Assembly: GCA_044445605.1 (NCBI GenBank) | Contig: JBIOEA010000007.1 | Location: 3,073 to 67,072 of the forward strand | From: Gammaproteobacteria bacterium | Lineage (GTDB): Bacteria > Pseudomonadota > Gammaproteobacteria > JABCZS01 | Direction of reading: 5' to 3' | Length of the DNA stretch: 64,000 nt | In this document: positions 19,149 to 27,355 of the stretch, in pieces | Layout: each line of letters opens with the position of its first letter | Numbering within the stretch: position 1 is the stretch's first letter | Made by a program: the position numbers and the translations under genes | Notes under the pieces: model-generated | Told to the model about the DNA's origin: nothing | Databases searched by the model: none | The model's input: the letters and a program-made list of their open reading frames with translations, nothing else

Positions 19149-20489
19149 ATGCATCAATTTTTCGGATCATCGTCCAAAGCGCCTCTCTTAAAAACAGATC
19201 GCGAGACACAAACGGCTGCTTTTCAAAGGGTAGCTACGTTTGCCAAAAAATTAGAAAAACAGGTTGAGCAATTAGTCATAAAATATCCTTCCCCTAGTAC
19301 GTTGGTACGCGTCCCTGCAGATAAATTAAAGAATACATTAACAGATTATCGCAGTAAACTCGCGCTCGCCGCGAAAAATAATAGTGATGTTGAGAAGATC
19401 AAAGTTCATTTAGATTTTTTGCATGAAGTTTTGTACGATGAAATACTTTTTTCATACATTACCGTCCCAATGTTTGTTGATAACCTCGGAGTCGCCTTGC
19501 GCAGAGGCGGCTATTTTCGCAAGATTTATCAATACGATCCCGCTTGTCTTGGTGAACCATTTAATTGGAAAGTAAGGAAAACCAATCAACATGGCAGGAC
19601 AGTTGGAAATTTTGTCATGCTAGAAGATTGGGAAAAAGATTTAAATCAGTTTTATAGAGATATTGTGTCAGATATGAAAAAGCTGCCTGAGACAGGCGCG
19701 CTAAATTCCGTTGATAAAATCATTTCAGATTGGGTTGATGAATATGAGTTCAAGGAACTACCTGATTTGCCACGTGAATATCCTCCTGCTGACAACATGC
19801 GTGAAGTGCAGAGGCAGCCTCAACAAAATAATGGCGTTGAACCTCCGCAATTTCAACAAGTGCAGAGGCAGCCTCAACAAAATAATGGCGTCGAACCTCC
19901 GCAATTTCAACCCTTCATCGCGTACGATGCGTATAAAGGAACTCTTTTCCTTACTCAAAGCATTGCTTGTATACTTGGGGGCTTTACAGGGGAAGATGTT
20001 TGTCGCCCTGAGAGTGAAGATGAACTTTCAGCGCAGGTATTTGCCTACGGGATTGGGTTAGTTATTGGCGCAGGTTTGCTGTGTGTGGGATACGTTAATC
20101 GCCAGCCTATCAAGGAACGCGTATCCTATTATGCTGACAGAACATGGCGGAATTTATTTCCTGCGCGTCCTGCTGCGGAAGATAGACCACCTATCTGGGA
20201 AAACCCTGGTATCCCATGGATATGGTATGCGGGGAGTGTCGCATCAGGCTCATGTGTGGGCATGACTATTGCGTCGATGACGGCAGGGAGTCTTGGATTG
20301 ACATCTGCTCAGCGCTCCGATACGGGTGAGGTGATCGGTTCAACGCTCACTTCCGAAGGGTGGATGTATTTCGCAGGGTTAACCGTTGGGGCCAGCCTAT
20401 TTTTCCTCGCTCTGCTCTGTCATAAATCCATTGAAACCGCATGCGAGCGCATAGGCGATAGAGTGCGTGGGAATAATCGCCCAGGTTAA
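19149..20489 (+). CDS. Hypothetical membrane protein, family 'M' copy 2 (soluble N-domain, Q/P-rich tandem repeat linker, multi-TM glycine-rich C-domain)
   Basis: 446 aa, paralogue of 12975..14039. Contains the 18-aa repeat VQRQPQQNNGVEPPQFQ(Q/P) x2 and several G/A-rich TM segments (GIGLVIGAGLLCVGYV, SVASGSCVGMTIASMTAGSLG, FAGLTVGASLFFLALLC). Confidence 0.6.
   Translation: MHQFFGSSSKAPLLKTDRETQTAAFQRVATFAKKLEKQVEQLVIKYPSPSTLVRVPADKLKNTLTDYRSKLALAAKNNSDVEKIKVHLDFLHEVLYDEILFSYITVPMFVDNLGVALRRGGYFRKIYQYDPACLGEPFNWKVRKTNQHGRTVGNFVMLEDWEKDLNQFYRDIVSDMKKLPETGALNSVDKIISDWVDEYEFKELPDLPREYPPADNMREVQRQPQQNNGVEPPQFQQVQRQPQQNNGVEPPQFQPFIAYDAYKGTLFLTQSIACILGGFTGEDVCRPESEDELSAQVFAYGIGLVIGAGLLCVGYVNRQPIKERVSYYADRTWRNLFPARPAAEDRPPIWENPGIPWIWYAGSVASGSCVGMTIASMTAGSLGLTSAQRSDTGEVIGSTLTSEGWMYFAGLTVGASLFFLALLCHKSIETACERIGDRVRGNNRPG
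19806..19913 (+). repeat. 54-bp tandem duplication (2 copies, a few mismatches) inside CDS
   Basis: gtgcagaggcagcctcaacaaaataatggcgt(t/c)gaacctccgcaatttcaac occurs twice back to back. Confidence 0.9.
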
Positions 20490-20491
20490 TC

Positions 20492-21709
20492 TCAATTAAG
20501 CTTTGCTTTTTTAGTGATGGGCATCATTTTCTCGAGTAAGAGCGTTTGGATTCCCTCATCCTCAGTAAGGTCGTAAGCGGTTTCCCCTTTCTTATTTTCA
20601 AGACGTACATTCGCGCCATTGTCCAATAAAAATTTGACAGCAGGAAGATCGTTTTGTTTGGTTGCAAGCATCAGCAAAGTGAGCGAAGATTCGGGTATTG
20701 CACTATCGAAGTTTGCTCCTGCATCAGCAAAAGCGCGCAGAATAGTCATATCTTCTGGATCATAGTCCGTACGGCCTACATAACCTTTATTTTCGACAGG
20801 TTTATGACGCAGAAGCAAGTATACATGCAGAAGGGATGGGCCATCATTGTTATGCATGTTAGGATCGAATTTTAATTCACGGAGTAAATAGCTAACATGC
20901 TCTGCTTTATGCTGCTCAATGGCGACGAGGATGGCAGTGGTGAATGCATTGAAATCTATGTGGGCGTATTTAGCGACAATGAGTTTTATATCGTCAATAT
21001 TGGGGTGTGTCAGGACCATTTCAGCGGCCGTCATGGTTTTGTATGGGATATTGAGTGCATTTCTCTTGTGCATTGCCTCCAACAAAATGCATACAATGTT
21101 GATATTAACCTCGGTTGATGTGAGTGCATAATAAATAGGCGGCTGATTATCGTTGTCTGCTGCCGTAGCATCGGCGCCTGCTTCTAATAACAATAGAATA
21201 GCATCCATGTATCCTTCTGTAATAGCGATATTAAGTGGTGATTCTTTTCTTTTAGGGTTGACAAGTTTTGTTAATATCCTTGCGCATGTGCGGCGGATGC
21301 GAGACATGAATTTAGGCGTAATAGGTTTTTCGTCACCACACTCATCATAATAACGCAGTTTCAGATCAAAGAGAGTATCATCCTGTTTGATAGAGTATAA
21401 TTTTTCATGGAGCTGGTCACCAATCCAAAAGATGAGTTTAATTTTATCTAAATAAGATTCGATCTCGGCTTCGCGGTACAGATTTTCATAATAATTAGCT
21501 TTGAACGTATTGATGTCCTGCGGGGACGTGGTCGTTGCAGGGATCGTGAGGGCAGGGCAGGGTAAATTGGGGAAGTCCCGCTTGAATAGATTCATCCATC
21601 GGGGCCAATAATCATCCGTACTTACTTTATCCTTTTTGTTTTTTTCAAGTATATTAATGACATGCATGCTGTCCAACTGGTTGAATATATTAGAATATTG
21701 ATTAATCAT
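20492..21709 (-). CDS. Ankyrin-repeat protein, copy 2 (paralogue of 17798..19006)
   Basis: 405 aa. N-terminus MINQYSNIFNQL..DDYWPRWMNLFKRDFPNLPCPA and C-terminus FLLDNGANV...LLLEKMMP..KKAK.N are shared with copy 1. The middle of the protein has diverged. Confidence 0.85.
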   Translation of the reverse strand: MINQYSNIFNQLDSMHVINILEKNKKDKVSTDDYWPRWMNLFKRDFPNLPCPALTIPATTTSPQDINTFKANYYENLYREAEIESYLDKIKLIFWIGDQLHEKLYSIKQDDTLFDLKLRYYDECGDEKPITPKFMSRIRRTCARILTKLVNPKRKESPLNIAITEGYMDAILLLLEAGADATAADNDNQPPIYYALTSTEVNINIVCILLEAMHKRNALNIPYKTMTAAEMVLTHPNIDDIKLIVAKYAHIDFNAFTTAILVAIEQHKAEHVSYLLRELKFDPNMHNNDGPSLLHVYLLLRHKPVENKGYVGRTDYDPEDMTILRAFADAGANFDSAIPESSLTLLMLATKQNDLPAVKFLLDNGANVRLENKKGETAYDLTEDEGIQTLLLEKMMPITKKAKLN

Positions 21710-21735
21710 GGTGGCGCCTCTTCGTATGTGTTAGC

Positions 21736-21764
21736 TTTATACCACTTTTTATGACAAAGTTCAA
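21736..21764 (-). promoter_or_regulatory. Predicted sigma70 promoter of ankyrin gene copy 2: TTGAAC-17 nt-TATAAA
   Basis: Same hexamers and spacing as at 19033..19061. Homology between the two upstream regions extends about 70 nt beyond the ATG. Confidence 0.45.
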
Positions 21765-21816
21765 CTGCTGACAGGGAGGTAGGAGCAGGGCAATCGCATC
21801 TAATTTCAGGACTGTA

Positions 21817-21937
21817 TCAGGCCGCAGGCCTGTGAGATGTAGCCCTGGGTTAGGAGCGCAACGTAACCCAGGGTAATATTCTAGGAGGCCAACGGCCTCA
21901 ACGTAAACATAAATAAAGAATGTAGCGCTGCAGGCGC
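21817..21937. repeat. Cluster of four REP-like hairpins: CAGGCC-gca-GGCCTG, CCCTGGGTTA-n11-TAACCCAGGG, GAGGCC-aac-GGCCTC, GCGC-tgcag-GCGC
   Basis: Read directly. The same hairpin modules occur in both arms of the element at 56129..58459 (in a different order), and the first also at 63244..63276. Confidence 0.8.
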
Positions 21938-21948
21938 GAAAGAAATTA

Positions 21949-22989
21949 TTAGCAGCAGGTATTTAATCTGCATGAATCTCCGCCTGGAAGAGATCTTTTA
22001 TTACCTAAGATTGGCTTATTTATTTCGAGATTCGGGTATTTCTTCTGAAGCTCCTCAAGCCGGTAAAATGAGCTAACCTCTAATTCATTTTTACCAAAAT
22101 CAATCTTTTTTAAGGCGCCGAGATTCCCTTTGTGAAGCAAAGCATCGACAATCGTGTCCACATCTCTTGATGAAAGAGTCATATCTGCCAAATGAAGATT
22201 TTCTAATGTATTATTTTGCTGCAATGCTCTTGAAAGCATGAGAGCTCCCTCACCCATCTTATTGTCTGATAAGACAAGTGTCTTCCAGCAAGTATTTACA
22301 GCAAGTACTTCAGCAATGTTAACGATCTCCTTTCCTTCATCATCAAGCGAATATTTGAAGCTGACCGCTGTTAATTTCTTGTTTTCTTTAAGCGCCTGCA
22401 TAATAGGCTCCATTTTGCTGCCTTTGCCGCAATAAAATGAAAATTCGCGCAAGGAAGCTGTCTTTAAAACGTCCGCTAATTGTTGAGATACATCATTCGT
22501 ATTTTTATCTATGTTTGTGCTCCCGTTAAAATCAAATGATTGTACGCGGTCTTGGCCAGCCAGCGCTGTGAGCAATGCAACGATAGAATGAGAAGCAAGG
22601 CCATTTGTATACATGTCTACGTGAACTAAACTATCTTGATGCTTGATAAGGTATGCATAAGCATCAACCGTTTGCGCTGGCAAATCGCGAATCTCTAGAA
22701 GGGCCATGCTTCGTGCGACAATGTTATATGGGCTGGCAGTGCCACCTTGAATATAAAAAAAATCCACCCATTTAGGATCTGCTACGGATGTTAATGATGT
22801 GTTATTGGAGAGATTTTTGTTAAGTTGAACGAGGTTTTCGGTGGCTGATACGTAATCTTTGTTATTGATATCTTTGTTTAGTGCTTCTTTTAAAGATTGT
22901 GCCGGTGTTTTCGATTGGGCATTATATGAATACATGTAGAAACCTCCAGTTTGCTCGTATATAACTGTTGTAGTATTTCCTTTTTGCAT
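21949..22989 (-). CDS. Leucine-rich repeat protein, ribonuclease-inhibitor (RNI/RanGAP-like) type, C-terminal -CC
   Basis: 346 aa. About 28-aa repeats: WKTLVLSDNKMGEGALMLSRALQQNNTLENLHLADMTLSSRDVDTIVDALL..LKKIDFGKNEL. The C-terminus is ...GGDSCRLNTCC. Confidence 0.7.
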   Translation of the reverse strand: MQKGNTTTVIYEQTGGFYMYSYNAQSKTPAQSLKEALNKDINNKDYVSATENLVQLNKNLSNNTSLTSVADPKWVDFFYIQGGTASPYNIVARSMALLEIRDLPAQTVDAYAYLIKHQDSLVHVDMYTNGLASHSIVALLTALAGQDRVQSFDFNGSTNIDKNTNDVSQQLADVLKTASLREFSFYCGKGSKMEPIMQALKENKKLTAVSFKYSLDDEGKEIVNIAEVLAVNTCWKTLVLSDNKMGEGALMLSRALQQNNTLENLHLADMTLSSRDVDTIVDALLHKGNLGALKKIDFGKNELEVSSFYRLEELQKKYPNLEINKPILGNKRSLPGGDSCRLNTCC

Positions 22990-23031
22990 GAGGCTGTCAA
23001 TGGGGACGTTATCTGCTCATGTTACAATCTA

Positions 23032-23172
23032 CCATTGACAATTTGGCGGTATTTGATAAGGTGTAGGTATGAAATCAATCCTGTTAACGGTCAATCGTCG
23101 CCTTGCGAGAACACTAAAACCCACGCTTAAAGAACGCGTCCTCTCTTGGGATGACTTCTTACTTGAGTTGTT
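23032..23172 (+). repeat. Direct repeat copy 1 (141 bp): duplicate of 37 bp of addB upstream region (candidate promoter) plus addB codons 1-34
   Basis: 140/141 identical to 24841..24981. The single c/t difference is in ccacg(c/t)ttaaag. Confidence 0.95.
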
Positions 23173-23212
23173 AAATTTGTGTCGTGAAGATTTTCAAAAG
23201 AATGGAGGATAA
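23069..23212 (+). pseudogene. Truncated 5' fragment of addB (47 codons, then stop)
   Basis: Translates as MKSILLTVNRRLARTLKPTLKERVLSWDDFLLEL, then diverges (LNLCREDFQKNGG*). Identical to the AddB N-terminus at 24878 except T20->L. Confidence 0.85.
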
Positions 23213-23264
23213 CACATGCGCGGCTATGATAAGTTTGGCTGTACTGTTTCTGTGGAGTGTATGA

Positions 23265-24797
23265 ATGTCCAATAAATTGCCAATCAACATTGACGATCTT
23301 TTGCGGCAGCGCACCGTTGAAGGTGAACGTATCGAGTATAAAACAGGCTGGAATCCGGATCCAATTCTGCGGACAATTTGCGCATTTGCCAATGATTTTG
23401 AAAACCTGGGTGGTGGTTATGTAGTGATTGGCCAAGGTTGTGATATAAATGGTCAACCAATGTTTCCACCGGTTGGCCTTGAAAATAATCAGCTCGATAA
23501 AATTCAGAAAGAATTGTTGGAGTATTGCCATTTAATTCAGCCGCCGTATTTCCCGGTGTTGAGTATCGAAAAAATTGCAGATCGTCACATAATGGTATTA
23601 TGGGCCCCTGGTGGGCAAAATCGTCCTTATAAAGTGCCATCCTCTGTCTCTAATAAGCATAAGATCTCGCATTACTACATTCGACGATATGCAAGTACGG
23701 TAGAGGCAAAAGGCGAAGCAGAGCAAGAATTATTGAGCTTAACGGCGAAAGTACCCTTTGATGATCGTTATGCGCAAACGGCTCGTATTACCGACTTATC
23801 GAAAGTACTGATGCAATCTTTTTTAACAGAGATTCGTAGCGATCTTGCTGATGATGCAGAAACATTATCCCTCGAAACACTGGGGCGTCAGATGAATGTA
23901 ATAGGTGGATCAGATGAAGCCCCGTTGCCAAAAAATGTGGGCTTGTTATTTTTCAACGACGCCCCTGATCGATTTTTTCCTTGGACACAAATTGATGTGT
24001 GCTGGTTCCCTGAAGGAGCAAGCGGTGATCGGTTTGATGAAAAAACATTTAAGGGTCCTTTGGCGCGGATGACGCGTGAAGCATTAGATTATATTCAGCG
24101 GAATTATTTATATGAGATAGTCGTGAAGCAAGATCAGAAGGCTGAAGCACAGCGATGTTGGAATTTCCCTTTTGCAGCCATAGAAGAGGCCGTTGTGAAT
24201 GCGGTATACCACCGCTCGTATGAAGAGCGTGAGCCAATCGAGGTGCGGATAAGTTATGATGAGCTGGTTGTCCTAAGTTTTCCAGGGCCAGACAGATCGA
24301 TCAAATTAGCTGATTTACAGGCAGGGCGTGCAGTAAGCCGACGGAATCGAAATCGCCGGATTGGCGAGTTTTTAAAAGAATTAGATTTAACCGAAGGCCG
24401 CTCTACCGGAGTGCCAAAGATCCTGAAAGTGATGGCAGTTAACGGCTCGCCTATGCCAATATTTGAAACGGATGGCGAACGGACATCTTTTTTGCTCAGG
24501 CTGCCTGTTCATCCGTTGGCGCTGGAGAGGGCTGCGGAACGCCAAGATCAGGCTACCATGGAAGTCACCATGGAAGTCACCATGGAAGTCATGGCATTAC
24601 TGAGGGTGGTGAAGGGGGAGACGAGTCGGCAGGTGCTACAAACGGCATTAGGGCTTAAAAATGTAGACCACTTCCGTAAAGCCTATATCTTACCGGCTAT
24701 TAAACAAGGTTATTTGGAAATGACCTTACCAGACATGCCTCAGAGCAGCAAGCAACGTTACCGTCTTACTGAGAAAGGAAGGAAAATTTTAGAATGA
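23265..24797 (+). CDS. Schlafen-like AlbA_2 domain / HATPase_c_4 / C-terminal wHTH protein, copy 2 (divergent)
   Basis: 510 aa with EGERIEYKTGWNPD..ICAFANDFENLGGGYVVIG (AlbA_2) and AIEEAVVNAVYHRSYEEREPIEVRISYDELVVLSFPGP (HATPase_c_4). The C-terminus QRYRLTEKGRKIL is wHTH-like. Contains an in-frame (TMEV)x3 repeat. Confidence 0.8.
   Translation: MSNKLPINIDDLLRQRTVEGERIEYKTGWNPDPILRTICAFANDFENLGGGYVVIGQGCDINGQPMFPPVGLENNQLDKIQKELLEYCHLIQPPYFPVLSIEKIADRHIMVLWAPGGQNRPYKVPSSVSNKHKISHYYIRRYASTVEAKGEAEQELLSLTAKVPFDDRYAQTARITDLSKVLMQSFLTEIRSDLADDAETLSLETLGRQMNVIGGSDEAPLPKNVGLLFFNDAPDRFFPWTQIDVCWFPEGASGDRFDEKTFKGPLARMTREALDYIQRNYLYEIVVKQDQKAEAQRCWNFPFAAIEEAVVNAVYHRSYEEREPIEVRISYDELVVLSFPGPDRSIKLADLQAGRAVSRRNRNRRIGEFLKELDLTEGRSTGVPKILKVMAVNGSPMPIFETDGERTSFLLRLPVHPLALERAAERQDQATMEVTMEVTMEVMALLRVVKGETSRQVLQTALGLKNVDHFRKAYILPAIKQGYLEMTLPDMPQSSKQRYRLTEKGRKILE
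24555..24594 (+). repeat. In-frame tandem 12-mer ACCATGGAAGTC x3.3
   Basis: Read directly. Encodes TMEVTMEVTMEVM. Confidence 0.9.
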
Positions 24798-24840
24798 GAT
24801 TAAAAGAGAAAGTTGTGGTAATCCTCGGTGGTGGCAGCTG

Positions 24841-24981
24841 CCATTGACAATTTGGCGGTATTTGATAAGGTGTAGGTATGAAATCAATCCTGTTAACGGT
24901 CAATCGTCGCCTTGCGAGAACACTAAAACCCACGTTTAAAGAACGCGTCCTCTCTTGGGATGACTTCTTACTTGAGTTGTT
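24841..24981 (+). repeat. Direct repeat copy 2 (141 bp), at the true addB 5' end
   Basis: See 23032..23172. The offset between copies is 1809 bp. Confidence 0.95.
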
Positions 24982-27355
24982 TGAATTGAACCGTGCCGCC
25001 ACGCAGTCATCATCATGGCGGTTATCTCCGATGCAGGAAAAAATGTTATGGGCCAAAGCCATGGACGATTTTCCTACGTTTGGTTTTGCCCGAGAACAAA
25101 CGATTGAATGTGCACGGGATGCTTATACCCTGGTCAAAGCCTATCAATTAAAATCAGCCTCATTAGTAGGATACAAAGAAGACAGCGATTTATTTGCAAA
25201 GGCCTTAGCGCGTTTTGAAACACAATGCAGCGAATTAAATGCTTTTGCTGGGGCTGCACTCATTGAACAATTATTGTTGTTTCCCTCCATGACATTGCCC
25301 TGTGATCATTTGTTATGTTATGGGTTTGATGAATGGACACCCGCGCAGCAATCGTTAATTGCGCAGTGGGAAAGGTTGGGTGTGACAATTGAACGGATGC
25401 CTCAGATATCCCGACGAGGAACAACGTGCAAGGTCATCGCAGAAGATGCGCACGATGAAATGCGCCGTGCCGCTCTGCAAGCTAAAGCCGCCTATGATCG
25501 AGGCGAAACAATGGCCATTGTCGTCCCTCAGTTACAAGATCAATGGTGTTTTGTTGAGCACTTATTAGCAGAGGTATTCAATCCAGATTTTTATTTCCCG
25601 GGTGTGCCCGCTAAAGATATTCCCTATAATATTTCATCGGGCGCATCGCTTGATAAACAACCTATTATTTATTGTCTTCTTGAAACATTTAAAACGTTAG
25701 ATAAAGAAACCAGCGTTCAAGCATGGAGCAATATCTTGCATTCACCCTATATCAAGGGAGGATGTACCGAGGCGGCTGCTCGGGCAGTTTTTGACATGGC
25801 ATTGCGTGATAAGCAATTGCTGACGATGACACTCAAGACTGTCCAATCAAATAGATTGATTCCGCCACTGTTTGCCTTGCAGTGTGTTCAGGTAGAAGCG
25901 TTCAAGAAATCATTATCATCACGCACGATGCGAGATTGGATCGTGTGGTTAAAAGATTGGATGGATGGTTGGGGCTGGGCGCAAGAGCGCACGCTTAACA
26001 GTGCAGAGTATCAATGCGTTGACACCTTGCATGAAGTGATTCCGAGTTTATATGCGCTGGATGCGATTCATCCCGCGTTCGCTTTCAACGCCTTCATCGA
26101 TGCTTTATATGGCTTATTAAAAAACACGTTATTCCAAACTGAAACGCAAGATAAACCCATTCAAGTATTAGGCTTGTTGGAAGCCGCGGGGTTATCATTC
26201 GATCATGTTTGGGTCATTGGGTTGACAGCAGATAATAATCCCGCGAAAGCCATGCCACATCCCTTTATTCCCACGCATGTGCAAGTCAGTCATGATATGC
26301 CCCACAGTACACCCGAGCGAGAATTGCGTGTGGCACAACGTTTACTCGAGCGTTTGATCACGGGTGCTAATGATGTTGTGCTTTCTTATGCGGCACAGGA
26401 TGAGAAGGGCGAGCCACAACTTGAGAGCCCGTTAATTGCTTCATTCCCCATCAAAGAAATAACAAATGAAACACCAGAACGCATGCCATTAGCCATTGCC
26501 CATGCGCGCGATTTACATGCATATGAAGATTGGGTTGGATTGCCACTGACGGGCCATCACTTGAAAGGCGGTAATTCAGTCTTGAAAGATCAAGCTGCCT
26601 GTCCACACGCGGGTTATTTGAAGCATCGATTGATGGCACGTTCACCTAAACCACCCGTGATGGGTTTAAGCGCTCCGCAGCAAGGAACCGTGATACACCG
26701 TGTACTGGAAACGCTTTGGGCATCGATGAAAAACCGTACAGGATTAATGCGGCTTGATGAAGATGCGCTCTCGCAGGAAATCACGAAACACATTCAAACG
26801 GTGCTGGATCAGTGGGAGCCATCGTTATCTGCCTCAAATAAACTCATTGAATCCAAACGCATCTTGGATATTGTGACCGCATGGTTGACCTTTGAAAAAT
26901 CACGTCCCGATTTTGCCATCGAAAGTTTGGAGAAAAAGGTGGAAGTCACGTTGGGTGAATTGACGCTGACATTATCCATGGACCGCGTGGACTGCATTGG
27001 AGAGAATCAATTTTTCTTGATGGATTATAAAACAGGCGAAGCAAGTGTGGCTGATTGGGATATGCCGCGCATGAACGAACCGCAGCTTCCACTTTATGCT
27101 GCATTCATGACGCCTACTCCTGTGGGAATGGCGTTTGCGCGTTTGAAAAAGAACAGTATAGGCTTAGAAGGTTTGAGCAGCATTGAAAACTGGGATGAAT
27201 TATTAGCAAACTTTTGTCAAGATTTATTGATGCTCTCTGAAGAAGTGCAAGCGGGTTATGGCGCAACCGAACCTAAATATGCGCAACGCACCTGCGATAA
27301 GTGTGATTTGGTTTCGGGTTGTCGCTTTCATACAGGAGGTGTTTATGAAGGATGA
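24878..27355 (+). CDS. addB: AddB-type helicase-nuclease subunit (PD-(D/E)XK nuclease with Fe-S cysteine cluster)
   Basis: 825 aa. The C-terminus has the RecB-family nuclease motif MDYKTGE, flanked by a CPHAG... cysteine and C-x2-C-x5-C (CDKCDLVSGC). Its stop overlaps the addA start. Confidence 0.8.
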   Translation: MKSILLTVNRRLARTLKPTFKERVLSWDDFLLELFELNRAATQSSSWRLSPMQEKMLWAKAMDDFPTFGFAREQTIECARDAYTLVKAYQLKSASLVGYKEDSDLFAKALARFETQCSELNAFAGAALIEQLLLFPSMTLPCDHLLCYGFDEWTPAQQSLIAQWERLGVTIERMPQISRRGTTCKVIAEDAHDEMRRAALQAKAAYDRGETMAIVVPQLQDQWCFVEHLLAEVFNPDFYFPGVPAKDIPYNISSGASLDKQPIIYCLLETFKTLDKETSVQAWSNILHSPYIKGGCTEAAARAVFDMALRDKQLLTMTLKTVQSNRLIPPLFALQCVQVEAFKKSLSSRTMRDWIVWLKDWMDGWGWAQERTLNSAEYQCVDTLHEVIPSLYALDAIHPAFAFNAFIDALYGLLKNTLFQTETQDKPIQVLGLLEAAGLSFDHVWVIGLTADNNPAKAMPHPFIPTHVQVSHDMPHSTPERELRVAQRLLERLITGANDVVLSYAAQDEKGEPQLESPLIASFPIKEITNETPERMPLAIAHARDLHAYEDWVGLPLTGHHLKGGNSVLKDQAACPHAGYLKHRLMARSPKPPVMGLSAPQQGTVIHRVLETLWASMKNRTGLMRLDEDALSQEITKHIQTVLDQWEPSLSASNKLIESKRILDIVTAWLTFEKSRPDFAIESLEKKVEVTLGELTLTLSMDRVDCIGENQFFLMDYKTGEASVADWDMPRMNEPQLPLYAAFMTPTPVGMAFARLKKNSIGLEGLSSIENWDELLANFCQDLLMLSEEVQAGYGATEPKYAQRTCDKCDLVSGCRFHTGGVYEG

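Noticed and set aside
19711-20061. Alternative-frame ORFs 19711..20061 (+) and 19758..19958 (-) showing an internal repeat
   Set aside because: Their apparent repeat is just the 54-bp tandem duplication of the M-family gene read in other frames.
23127-23640. Minus-strand ORFs 23127..23531, 23171..23392 and 23284..23640
   Set aside because: They are antisense to the well-supported AlbA_2 gene and to the addB-fragment repeat. They have no recognisable domains.
27258-27344. N-terminal 29-codon extension of addA given by the ORF track
   Set aside because: The extension lies entirely inside the addB coding sequence. The ATG at 27345 directly precedes the conserved helicase N-terminus and Walker A motif, and it overlaps the addB stop in the usual coupled fashion.
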